Source of the DNA: Eledone cirrhosa | Lineage: Eukaryota | Length of the DNA stretch: 64,000 nucleotides | Direction: 5' to 3' | Assembly (NCBI GenBank): GCA_964016885.1 | Contig: OZ024742.1 | Location: forward strand, 95,294,001-95,358,000 | In this document: one piece after another, positions 52,540 through 64,000 of the stretch | How positions within the stretch are numbered: position 1 is the stretch's first letter | Layout: the number at the start of each line of letters is the position of its first letter | The notes under the pieces: model-generated | The model's input: the letters and a program-made list of their open reading frames with translations, nothing else | The model's database searches: none | What the model was told of the DNA's origin: nothing | Program-made: the position numbers and the translations under genes

Positions 52540-55500
52540 ATTATCTGTTTGTTGTTGTTGCTGTTGTTGTGGTGGTGATGGTGGTGTTGTGATTGTTGTG
52601 ATGTTATTGTGACAGTACTGATGTTGTTGACATGACAGTGTTATGGTGTTGATATTATGTTGTTTAGTGTTGTTGTTGTTGTTGTTGTGGTAGTGATGGC
52701 AATGTTGTGATGTTATTGTGATAGTACTGATGTTGTTGAAGTGACAATGTTGTGATGTTGCTGTTGTAGTGGTGGTGGTGCTAGTGTTGTTGTTGTTGTT
52801 GTGGTTGTTTAGTTGGATTTGCTGTTGTGGTGGTGCTGCTAGTTGTGGTGATAGTTGTGTAGTTAGCTGTGTTGTTGTGGTGGTGATGCTAGCTGTGGTG
52901 ATGGTTGTGTAGTTAGCTGTGTTGTTGTGGTGGTGATGCTAGCTGTGGTGATGGTTGTGTAGTTAGGTGTGTTGTTGTGGTGGTGCAGCTAGTGTTGTTG
53001 TGGTGATGGTTGTGTAGTTAGGTGTGTTGTTGTGGTGGTGCTGTTAGTGTTGTTGTGGTGATGGTTGTGTAGTTAGGTGTGCTGTTGTGGTGGTGGTTGT
53101 GTAGTTAGGTGTGTTGTTGTGGTGGTGGTTGTGTAGTTAGGTGTGTTGTTGTGGTGGTGGTTGTGTAGTTAGGTGTGTTGTTGTGGTGGTGCTGTTAGTG
53201 TTGTTGTGGTGATGGTTGTGTAGTTAGGTGTGCTGTTGTGGTGGTGGTTGTGTAGTTAGGTGTGTTGTTGTGGTGATGGTTGTGTAGTTAGGTGTGTTGT
53301 TGTGGTGGTGCTGTTAGTGTTGTTGTGGTGATGGTTGTGTAGTTAGGTGTGTTGTTGTGGTGGTGGTTGTGTAGTTAGGTGTGTTGTTGTGGGGGTGATG
53401 GTTGTGTAGTTAGGTGTGCTGTTGTGGTGATGGTTGTGTAGTTAGGTGTGTTGTTGTGGTGGTGGTTGTGTAGTTAGGTGTGTTGTTGTGGTGGTGCTGT
53501 TAGTGTTGTTGTGGTGATGGTTGTGTAGTTAGGTGTGCTGTTGTGGTGATGGTTGTGTAGTTAGCTGTGTTGTTGTGGTGGTGCTGCTAGTGTTGTTGTG
53601 GTGATGGTTGTGTAGTTAGCTATGTTGTTGTGGTGATGGTTGTGTAGTTAGGTGTGCTGTTGTGGTGGTGCTGCTAGTGTTGTTGTGGTGATGGTTGTGT
53701 AGTTAGGTGTGTTGTTGAGGTGATGGTTGTGTAGTTAGGTGTGCTGTTGTGGTGGTGGTGGTTGTGTAGTTAGCTGTGCTGTTGTGGTGGTGGTTGTGTA
53801 GTTAGGTGTGCTGTTGTGGAGTTAGGTGTGCTGTTGTGGTGGTGGTTGTGTAGTTAGGTGTGTTGTTGTGGTGATGGTTGTGTAGTTAGCTGTGTTGTTG
53901 TGGTGGTGCTGCTAGTGTTGTTGTGGTGGTGATGTTAGTGTTGTTGTGGTGATGGTTGTGTAGTTAGGTGTGCTGTTGTGGTGATGGTTGTGTAGTTAGG
54001 TGTGCTGTTGTGGTGATGGTTGTGTAGTTAGGTGTGGTGTTGTGGTGGTGCTGTTAGTGTTGTTGTGGTGATGGTTGTGTAGTTAGGCGTGCTGTTGTGG
54101 TGGTGGTTGTGTAGTTAGCTGTGTTGTTGTGTTGATGGTTGTGTAGTTAGGTGTGTTGTTGTGGTGGTGGTTGTGTAGTTAGGTGTGTTGTTGTGGTGAT
54201 GGTTGTAAAGTTAGGTGTGCTGTTGTGGTGGTGGTTGTGTAGTTAGCTGTGTTGTTGTGGTGATGGTTGCGTAGTTAGGTGTGTTGCTGTTGTGATGGTT
54301 GTGTAGTTAGGTGTGTTGTTGTGGTGGTGCTGTTAGAGTTGTTGTGGTGATGGTTGTGTAGTTAGGTGTGCTGTTGTGGTGGTGGTTGTGTAGTTAGGTG
54401 TGTTGTTGTGGTGATGGTTGTGTAGTTAGGTGTGTTGTTGTGGTGGTGCTGTTAGTCTTGTTGTGGTGATGGTTGTGTAGTTAGGTGTGTTGTTGTGGTG
54501 GTGATGGTTGTGTAGTTAGCTGTGTTGTTGTGGAGATGGTTGTGTAGTTAGGTGTGTTGTTGTGGTGGTGGTTGTGTAGTTAGGTGTGTTGTTGTGGTGG
54601 TGAGGGTTGTGTAGTTAGGTGTGCTGTTGTGGTGATGGTTGTGTAGTTAAGTGTGTTGTTGTGGTGGTGGTTGTGTAGTTAGGTGTGTTGTTGTGGTGGT
54701 GCTGTTAGTGTTGTTGTGGTGATGGTTGTGTAGTTAGGTGTGCTGTTGTGGTGATGGGTGTGTAGTTAGCTGTGTTGTTGTGGTGGTGCTGCTAGTGTTG
54801 TTGTGGTGATGGTTGTGTAGTTAGCTATGTTTTGTGGTGATGGTTGTGTAGTTAGGTGTGCTGTTGTGGTGGTGCTGCTAGTGTTGTTGTGGTGATGGTT
54901 GTGTAGTTAGGTGTGTTGTTGAGGTGATGGTTGTGAAGTTAGGTGTGCTGTTGTGGTGGTGGTGGTTGTGTAGTTAGCTGTGCTGTTGTGGTGGTGGTTG
55001 TGTAGTTAGGTGTGCTGTTGTGGTGGTGCTGCTAGTGTTGTTGTGGTGATCTTGTGTAGTTAGGTGTGCTGTTGTGGTGGTGGTTGTGTAGTTAGGTGTG
55101 TTGTTGTGGTGGTGGTTGTGTAGTTAGGTGTGCTGTTGTGGTGGTGTTGCTAGTGTTGTTGTGGTGATGGTTGTGTAGTTAGGTGTGCTGTTGTGGTGGT
55201 GGTTGTGTAGTTATCTGTGTTGTTGTGTAGTTAGGTGTGCCGTTGTGGTGGTGCAGGTAGTGGTTTTGTGGTGATGGTTGTGTAGTTAGGTGTGTTGTTG
55301 TTGTGGTGCTGCTAGTGTTGTTGTGGTGATGGTTGTGTAGTTATCTGTGTTGTTGTGTAGTTAGGTGTGCCGTTGTGGTGGTGCAGGTAGTGGTTTTGTG
55401 GTGATGGTTGTGTAGTTATCTGTGTTGTTGTGGTGTTGCTGCTAGTGTTGTTGTGGTGATGGTTGTGTAGTTATCTGTGTTGTTGTGGTGGTGGTTGTGT

Positions 55501-55800
55501 AGTTAGGTGTGCTGTTGTGGTGGTGCAGGTAGTGGTTTTGTGGTGATGGTTGTGTAGTTAGGTGTGCTGTTGTGGTGGTGCTGCTAGTGGTATTGTGGTG
55601 ATGGTTGTGTAGTTAGGTGTGCTGTTGTGGTGATGGTTGTGTAGTTAGCTGTGTTGTTGTCGTGGTGCTGCTAGTGGTGTTGTGGTGATGGTTGTGTAGA
55701 TGGTTTTGCTGTTGTGGTGGTACTGTTAGTGTTGTTATTGTTATAGTGGTGGTTGTGTAAATGGCTTTGCTATTACGGTGGTGCTGTTAGTGTTAATATT
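52540..55800. repeat. GT-rich minisatellite/satellite array (32- and ~53-bp units)
   Basis: The unit ggttgtgtagttaggtgtgttgttgtggtg(a/g)t, with an optional gctg(c/t)tagtgttgttgtggtg insert, is repeated for ~3 kb. Confidence 0.95.
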
Positions 55801-56147
55801 GTTATGTTGGTGCTGTTCTTGTGATTCTGTTCATGTTTTTGTTGTTATTGTTGTGTTGACATATGGTAATGATGTTGGAGGTAGTAATAGGCTATTTTAT
55901 AAATATTACAATACATCTGTGTTCATATTTGATCTGGTCCTATCACCCATTAGCTTTTGTGGTGGGTGTTTAATTTTTTTCCAATATTAATTCTAAAATA
56001 TACAAAAACATCCTCTTTTTACTTTCCTTCCATTGAATATCTTTTTTCACCTTACCATATGTGTGTGTGGTTGTGTACTTGTGTATATATATATATATAT
56101 ATATATGTGAGTGTATGTAAGTTTGTGTGTATATGCATATGTGTATG

Positions 56148-56204
<57 letters not shown>

Positions 56205-57173
56205 GTTTTGCTATTTTTTGTAATATCTTTACACCTTATACCTTTATTTCAATATATATTGATATTTTTTCCCATTGTTTATATTTCGATAATTGATATT
56301 AAATATTTCTTCATTAAAACATCAAGGATACAAATATACAGTGAAATAATGAAATATAAAACATCAACTAGACAGATCATCATTAAAGTAAAAAAGAAAA
56401 CTACCAGATTTTACAAGAACAAAACACTCAGGCTTTTAATATCTCATTATCACAGACTCATATTAAAAAGTGAGAAGGTGCATTGCGTAGTGGTTAGTGT
56501 GTTAAACCCATGATCATTATGTCATGAGTTTTATTCCCAGCATCGTTTTGTGTTCTTGAGCAAGATATTTTGTTATAGTTTATTCCGGTCTACTCAGATG
56601 GCAAAAATGAGTTATCCCTGTACTTCAAAAGGCTAGTGTTGTCACAGAATGTTTCATGCAAAATATCCCTGTGAACATCATTAAGGATACACATATCTGT
56701 GGATTACACAATAAGTAGCATGTGAAACTTATGAGCAGACTGTCCCTTTGTCTAAACAACTGGATTACTTATTGTCATAAATAGAGGAGGTCCAACATTC
56801 ACAACATTAAAAAGTAATATGCATAAACAGACAAATCACACACTCATCGCAACCCATCCAACCCATACTAGCACGGAATAGGGACATAAAATTATATATC
56901 TCATCATCATCACCGTTTAATGTCCACTTTCGACACTAGCATGGGTTAGACAAGTTGTCCCATTGTGAGATAAGTTAATTCATATGACTGTGTCTATCTC
57001 ACAGAACTGTTTCTGGCTTGGTTTCTTCAGCAGGATGCCCTTATATATAGGTAGTCAGCCAAACTGACAACAACTGGCTCTGACCACCTTCGAGTCAAAC
57101 ACATTTTTCTCTTTTTTTTAGCCTCTTGGATTGTCTTTACCATTATTCCTTTATTATATAACTATTATGCAAT

Positions 57174-57235
57174 AAACACCTAATGATGTCACCAGGATCT
57201 TACGGAACTTGGCCTCTGAAATGTACATAGTGTTT
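57174..57235 (+). ncRNA. Degenerate type I minimal hammerhead ribozyme (G5A)
   Basis: aaacac-CTAATGA-stem II region-GAAA-t gtac ATA-gtgttt: 6-bp stem I and palindromic stem III. Confidence 0.5.
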
Positions 57236-57950
57236 GCTATATTAAATCTTTGAAGGAATTTAACCAGTCTGGCCTCCTGTCATTTTACTCAATAATAATT
57301 AACTCCGTTCTTGCACACCAGCAAGATTCAACATCGAAGATGGATGAGTTGCATAATGTGAAGTGCTTTACCTAATATTACATCATGGTTGACTATACGG
57401 AATGACCAGTTCTATCCAGTGGGGAACCACAAAACTTAAATGAATATATAGACAGAAGTGGTGAGAGCAGACCTCAGATCGCTGAAGCCCATGGAGGAGA
57501 TGACAAAGGATCCTGACGAATGGAGAGATGCCATGCTTAGTAAGACCTGTCCCACCCTTGCAAGCAGGAAAAAGCGAATGTAAAATGATTATGATGATAT
57601 ATATATCATCATCATCATCATCATCATCACTGTTTTACATCAATTTGTCCATGCTAGCATGGGTTAAACGGGTTGTCTTGTGGCAATGCTAGGTCAGATG
57701 GCCATGTCTTGCACATACATAACTGATTTTGGCTTAATTTCTAATGCTGGATGCCCTTCCTAACATCATTTACAATGAGTACTGGGTGCTTTTTCTCATG
57801 GCACCAGCACGACCACTTTATTGCATGGGCTGGGAGTTTTTCATCATGACACATACATGACCATTTACAGAGTGGGCTGGGCACTTTTTGCAGGATCACC
57901 ATCACGACCACTTTATGGTGTGGGCTGGGGGCTTCACTATATACATACAT

Positions 57951-57974
<24 letters not shown>

Positions 57975-57981
<7 letters not shown>

Positions 57982-58628
57982 GAATGTATATATAGTGTAT
58001 TTTACAATACACTATATGCTTAATTAAAAGCATTTCGAAGACCTTACGCTATTGTTTTAGAGTAATGACAGTCTCACTTACTTTAAATGTTCAACAAACA
58101 GGTGAGATAAAGCTGACAGAGCTCTGTTTCGTACTTTTTGGCACTTATCAAAGCTAATTACTCCACCTGTTTGCTGAAAATCATGAATGTTTGATTCTTA
58201 TAGCGTAAGGTCTTCGAAATGCTTTTAATTAAGCATACAGTGTATTGCAAAATACACTATATATACATTCATATATATATCGCTATTTCAGAGCACCAAT
58301 TCTAGTTTTCAATTTCTGCTTGACCGGCAACCGCTCTGTATAATCAGTTCCTGATTATTACTAGAATTCTATAGGAATCAAACATTCATGATTTTCAGCA
58401 AACAGGTGGAGTACTTAGCTTTGATAAGTACCAAAAAGTACAAAACAGAGCTCTGTCAGCTTTATCTCACCTGTTTGATGAACATTTAAAGTAAGTGAGA
58501 CTGTCACTACTCTAAAACAATAGCATAAGGTCTTCGAAATGCTTTTAATTAAGCATATAGTGTATTGCAAAATACACTATATATACATCATTCATATATA
58601 TATCGCTATTTCAAAACACCAATTCTAA
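57975..58628. mobile_element. Retrozyme/PLE-like element: inverted partial copy plus ~1.3 tandem copies of a 320-bp unit
   Basis: tagc.taaggtcttcgaaatgc at 58201 and 58521; 57975-58200 is the reverse complement of ~58370-58600. Confidence 0.75.
58111..58155 (-). ncRNA. Minimal type I hammerhead ribozyme with U3-A8 core
   Basis: Minus strand: AGCT-TTGATAA-GTGC caaaaa GTAC-GAAAC-agagctct-GTC-AGCT. The sister copy at 58417-58461 (+) has GAAA changed to AAAA. Confidence 0.7.
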
Positions 58629-59068
58629 TATATATATAATAATGAAAATTATTGTGTACAGTGCTCATGTGCACTACAACTCATCAAAGGTACTTGTATA
58701 GTACATAGAATAATGTACAAATGTCAGGAAAGTGAACAGTGTATGACTCATGATATATACACAGACACATACACACACGTGTGTGTGTATGTGTGTGTAT
58801 AGAAGGGGAATAGCATGTGTAGCATTGGCGAATGTTGGGAAGCATGGAAGTTTTGAAGGATGTGCTGTTCTGGCAGCTGACAACTGATGCAGGTAGTTTG
58901 CTTCATGGTTCAGTAACTCTGAGCATGATAAAATGTGTCCAAAAGTCATTGGAGCTTTACTGTTTTCCGATTTTATAAGCATGTCCACGGGTGTTAGACA
59001 CATGGAATTCAAAAATGTTGTTGTTAAAAAAATGGGTTAATATTATTGTGGGTGTATCTCTCTCTCTC

Positions 59069-59118
<50 letters not shown>

Positions 59119-59119
<1 letters not shown>

Positions 59120-62100
59120 GCCCCACCGTTCCCACCCACCAAACGCAATCCAAAACTTCAGAGTTGGTACCATGAATGTAGGCACCTTAAAAGGTCACTC
59201 TAACGAGGTTGTAGAAATACTTGAACGTAAGGAGGTTGATGTTTGCTGTATCCAAGTTACCAGGTGGAAGGGTGGGTCTGCTAGATTCATTGTGGGTAAC
59301 AAACGATGCTATAAGCTTTTCTGGGGGGGAAATGATGATGGGCTGGGTGGAGTGGGAATCATGTTAGCAGAAAAATGGGTAGATAAGATAATAGACGTAA
59401 ATAGAGTGAACGACACAATAATTAAAATAAGACTTGTCCTAAATAGAACTACTGTGACAGTAATATCTGTGTATGAACCCCAATCCGGACTGCCTGGCGC
59501 TATAAAAGACAGATTCTATGAGACATTGATGCTCACTACCTCCCAAATAACCAACAGTGCCTACATAATTATTGCTGGCGACCTAAATGGTCACGTTGGA
59601 CAACATTGTGACGGCTATGAAGGAATCCATGGAGGCTATGGGTTTGGTATTAGAAATGAGGAAGGCTCCAGAATCCTGGAATTCTGTGACACAAATAACC
59701 TAACTATCTGTAACACTAACTTAAAAAAACGAGACAATCATTTGATCACCTATAGATCAGGGGAACACGCCAGTCAGATAGATTATATCCTTACCAGAAG
59801 ACATGATAGTGTGTCTGTTCTAAACACTAAATCCTTCCCCCATGAAGAATGCACCTCCCAACATAGACTCATAGTCAGCGACCTCATAGTCAGGACAAGA
59901 CGTACTCGACAACAGAGGAGGACAATCCTCAGGAGAAAAATATGGAAGCTAAAGGACCCCACAGCCAGTAATAAATTTAAAAGCATATTACTTGATGCTT
60001 TCGACAGAAAGGAAGAGCAATTAGAGTTGTACAATATAGAGGAACAGTGGGAATTCCAGAAAGCTAACCTGCTGAAGGTGGCAGATGAAGTCTGTGGCTG
60101 GAGCAGGCCTATAGGCAGGAGGAGAGTAACGTGGTGGTGGAACAGTAAGGTGGAGGAGTAAATTAAGGCCAAAAAGCAGGCTTGGAAAGTATGGCGGGAT
60201 GGGGGAAGTAGAGAAGACTATCAAATGGTCAGGAGGGAAGCTAGGAGACAAGTGTACTTCGAAAGAAGGGAAGCAGAGGAAAGAAAGTTCAAGCATGTTC
60301 TACAACGCAAGGACCAAAAACGTGAGGTGTTCGGGATTGCTAGGCAATGTGTCAAGGAAAACCGTGATATTGTCGGGGAGAAGTGTGTCCTTAATGATGA
60401 TAGTGTACTTGCCATCACTGACGCTGATAAGAAGGTAGCTTGCAAGTGTCACTACGAAAGGCTACTAAATGAGGAGAATAAATGGGAGAATGACAGTCTC
60501 CCCCACATCGATCCAATAGAGGGACCAGCAGTGCTAGTTGAAGGTAGTATAATAAGTAAGGCAATCAAAGATATGAAGATGGGTAAGGTGGCTGGGCCTT
60601 CTGAAATAGTTGCTGAAATGCTGAAAGCATCTGGAACGGTGGGACACACTATGGTCACCCGGATAGTAAACCAAGTCATACAGAATGGGGCCGTTCCGAA
60701 GGACTGGCGTAGCAGCATCATCATTAAATGCTACAAGGGTAAAGGAGATGCCCTAGATAGGGGTAACTATAGAGGCATTAAATTAATCGACCAGGTCATG
60801 AATGTCACAGAAAATGTAATAGCGCAACTAATCAGAGAACGAATTGATCTAGATGAAATGCAGTTTAGGTTTGTGTCAGGTAAAAGTACCACAGATGCTC
60901 TTTTCATTGTACGACAACTACAGGAGAAGTACCTAGCTAAAAGTAAACCCCTATACTTAGCTTTTGTTGACTTGGAGAAAGCCTTTGACACAGTCCCCCG
61001 CTCCATTATCTGGGGGGCTCTTAGAAAACTAGGTGTTGATGAATGGCTTGTGAGAGCTATACAAGCCATGTATAAAGAAACAGTCAGCAAGGTTAGAATT
61101 AACAACGAATATAGTGAAGAGTTTAGCGTAAAAGTTGGTGTTCATCAGGGCTCCGTTCTTAGCCCCCTACTATTTATTATTGCCCTTCTGGCTGTAACAG
61201 AGGAGTTCAAGACCGACTGCCCATGGGAACTCCTATATGCAGATGATCGAACGCTCATAGCTGACTCAATGGCTGAACTAGAGAAGAAATTCCAAACATG
61301 GAAGCATGGCCTAGAATCAAAAGGCCTTAAAATTAACTTGTCTGAGACTAAAGTTCTAGCTTGTAGGAAGGAAAATAAGGCACTGGTCCCATCTGGGAAA
61401 TGGCCATGCTCAGTCTGTAGGAAAGGAGTAGGAAGAAACTCCATTTTATGTCCCAAATGCAAAGTATGGGTGCATAAAAGATGTAGTGGGATCACAGGTA
61501 AGCTAACTAAGAATATAGATTTTATATGTGGCCGGTGCTCTGGTGCGATAAGTAGCAGCAAGTGCCCACAGAATACTAGCTCATTCCATTGCAAAGATAG
61601 GTTCTATAGAAATAGTGGACACCTTCCGTTACCTGGGTGACAAAATCAGCAGTGGGGGAGAGTGCTTTGAAGTACAGTGGCTAGAGTCAGAACGGGATGG
61701 AAAAAGTTCAGAGAGCTTATACCCCTATTGGCCGCTAAAGGGTTCTCTCTAAAAATGAAAGGCAGGCTGTATGATGCCTGCATACGAACAACAATGTTAC
61801 ATGGCAGTGAGACCTGGCCATTGTGTGCAGAGGATATACTCAGACTGGAGAGAAACGAAGCTTGCATGCTCCGCTGGATGTGTAATAGTAATATACGTGA
61901 ACGGCAAAGCATAAATGAACTAAGGGAGAAATTAGGAATAAGAGGGATCAGATGTTGTTTACTCGAGAGAAGACTACGTTGGTACGTGTAGGTGTCACGA
62001 AAAAAAAACCACACAGTCCACGCTGTAATGTGGTCGTGTAGGTAACACGGTAAAAACCTTCCAGTCCACACTGTAAACGTGGTTGGTGTTAGGAAGGGCA

Positions 62101-62237
62101 TCCAGCCGTAGAAAACCCGCCAGACAGTCCTATACGAGCAGGACAACCAATCTTGCCTCAAGTGGGAAAACTCCCGTCCAAACCCATGCAAGCGTGGAAG
62201 ATGGACGTTAAACGATGATGATGATGATGATGATGAT
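59119..62237 (+). mobile_element. Near-full-length RTE LINE (APE, RT, PHD) in (TA)n, with (GAT)n tail
   Basis: GTMNVGTL, AGDLNGHVG, SQIDYIL, SQHRL; NYRGIKL, FVDLEKAFD, GVHQGSVLSPLLF, LYADD. In-frame stop at 60159, frameshift at ~61590, internal deletion at 61984. Confidence 0.93.
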
Positions 62238-62270
62238 ATATATAAGTGCTAACACAACAGTTAGTTCACC

Positions 62271-62315
62271 GTACCAAGAACAATTGTTTCACCTTAGCGG
62301 ATCTTCAGCTCGTAC
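62271..62315 (-). ncRNA. Minimal hammerhead ribozyme motif in a PLE-derived fold-back element (62245-62460)
   Basis: Minus strand: gtacgag-CTGAAGA-tcc gctaa ggt-GAAAC-aatt-GTT-cttggtac. Confidence 0.6.
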
Positions 62316-63479
62316 TGGTCATGGTTATACGGAACATGACTAAGGGGTAACAATTGTTCTCTGTATGGTGAACTAACTGTTGTGTTACCCCATCTACCTA
62401 ACTCGTCCCATGGACTGAGTGCTCTACCACTACGGATATTACCTACCAGTGTTCTACCTCCCTCCCTCTCTCTCTCTCTCTATATATATATATTTATATA
62501 TATATATATATATACAATGTATATATATATATATATATTTGTATATATATATCCGACAAACTTTTGATTACAGAATCAGGCTCGATCTTGTCTTGAGCTG
62601 ATTGATAGAGAAACATATGTAATATGATATTAAATATGATATGATGCAACACTGAATCTTCCTTCTTTATCATTATAAAATTATATCATCATCATCATCA
62701 TTTTACGTCCGCTTTTCCCTGCTTGCAAGGGTGGGACAGGAACTGATTCTGGCTTGATTTCTACAGCTGGATGCCCTTCCTAACACCAACCTCATTTACA
62801 GTGAGTGCTGGGTGCTTTTTTGCCATGGCGCCTACACGACCACTTTGCAGTGGAATGATAGGGACCCCAGTCCTATCATCTCATTTCTACAGCTGAGTAA
62901 ACTGGAGCAATGTGAAATAAAGTGTCTTGCTCAAAGAAACAACACATCACCCGGTCTGAGAATTGAACTAACAACCTTTCGATTGCAAGGCCAATGCTCT
63001 AACTACTAAACCATGTGCCTCCATATATATATATATATATATATACACAGTGACTGACTGGATCTCAAAATATTGGTTGCCAGGAGGAGACAAAGAGACC
63101 AACCCACTATTAATATGCTATCATTTAATTTTTATAACAAATAAATAAAATTTCCAAAATATCCTTTCTATTTCAGTGTATGCAATTGACCATAAAATTC
63201 TAAAGTGAAAATACAGATTTTAGAATAAATTAAGAACCAGATTGTGAGACAGTGTACCAGGGGAAAACCAGGAAATTGTAGAAAATTGTGTCTGAAATGA
63301 TTACAAGAAAGTGGCATGAAATTCCGCTTATGAAAGACTATTGAACAAAAAGAAGAATTGGGAGAGTGAAGGCATGCTCCAAGTAGATGTACCTGAGGGT
63401 CCAGCCTTAACAATTGACAGCAGTATGATAAAAAATAAATTGTGGATATGAAAGTAAGGAAGGCAGCTACTAAGATGCT

Positions 63480-64000
63480 AAAGACTTCCAGCGCAAGTGT
63501 CATACCCAATGAGTGGGGTATCAGTATCATTGTAACTTGCTATAAAGGCAAATAAGTTGCACTAGAGAGATATAACTCCAGACTCATTATGTTGATGAAC
63601 CAAGTCATGAACGTTACTGAAAGGGTTATAGTAGAAGTGATTAGAGTCAGAATCAAGCTGGATGAAATGTAGTTCAGTTTTGTGCCAGTCAGGGCCACTA
63701 CCAGTTCTCATTTTCTTGTAAGAAAACTGCAGGAGAAGCACTTGGCTAAAAATAAGCCACTGCACCTGGCATTTGTGAAGAAGGCCTTAAACAGGGTCAC
63801 CTACTGTGTAATCTTGTGAGCACTTAGGAATCTAAGTGTAGATAAATGACTTGCAAGGGCTATGCAGGTCATGAATAAAGGTGCAACTTGCAAGGTGAGA
63901 GTTGACAATGCGTAAAGCAATGGGGGTCCATCAGGGCTTAGTTCTCAGCCTGTTTCTGTTTATCACCCTCCTTCAGGTCATAACTGTGAAGTTTAAAGCT
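63480..64000 (+). pseudogene. Decayed RTE RT fragment running off the window end
   Basis: IPNEWGISIIVTCYKGK..MNQVMNVTE..LQEKHLAKNKPL.LAF..GVHQG, homologous to 60690-61200. Confidence 0.75.

Noticed and set aside
52540-55800. CRISPR array, telomere or mucin-like exon
   Set aside because: There are no unique spacers or cas genes; TTAGG is not tandem; the 32-bp unit shifts frame and introduces stops.
59046-59118. N-terminal extension of the RTE ORF
   Set aside because: Read-through into the flanking (CT)n/(TA)n tract; the element starts at ~59119.

Overview
AT-rich, microsatellite-dense animal genomic DNA. The SINE, RTE and microsatellite make-up suggests a mollusc or cephalopod, but that is inference. 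I recognise no host gene; nearly all long ORFs are transposon remnants or simple-repeat artefacts. Main contents: (1) a decayed RepHel Helitron (11081-17512) that splits a TTAA-ended MITE; (2) an ~18 kb pile-up of elements on (AAT)n tracts (25.3-43.1 kb), comprising R4/Dong-type RLE LINEs, a full-length Tx1/L1 element with two diverged ORF1 genes in tandem, and a non-autonomous Helitron containing a Penelope element that itself contains a CR1 and a SINE; (3) RTE LINEs, one near full length with a PHD finger inside the RT region; (4) a CRE-like remnant; (5) a ~3.2 kb GT-rich satellite; (6) several small fold-back elements carrying minimal hammerhead-ribozyme motifs, one with an apparently intact U3-A8 variant core. 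All calls come from reading motifs by eye; no searches or folding programs were run.
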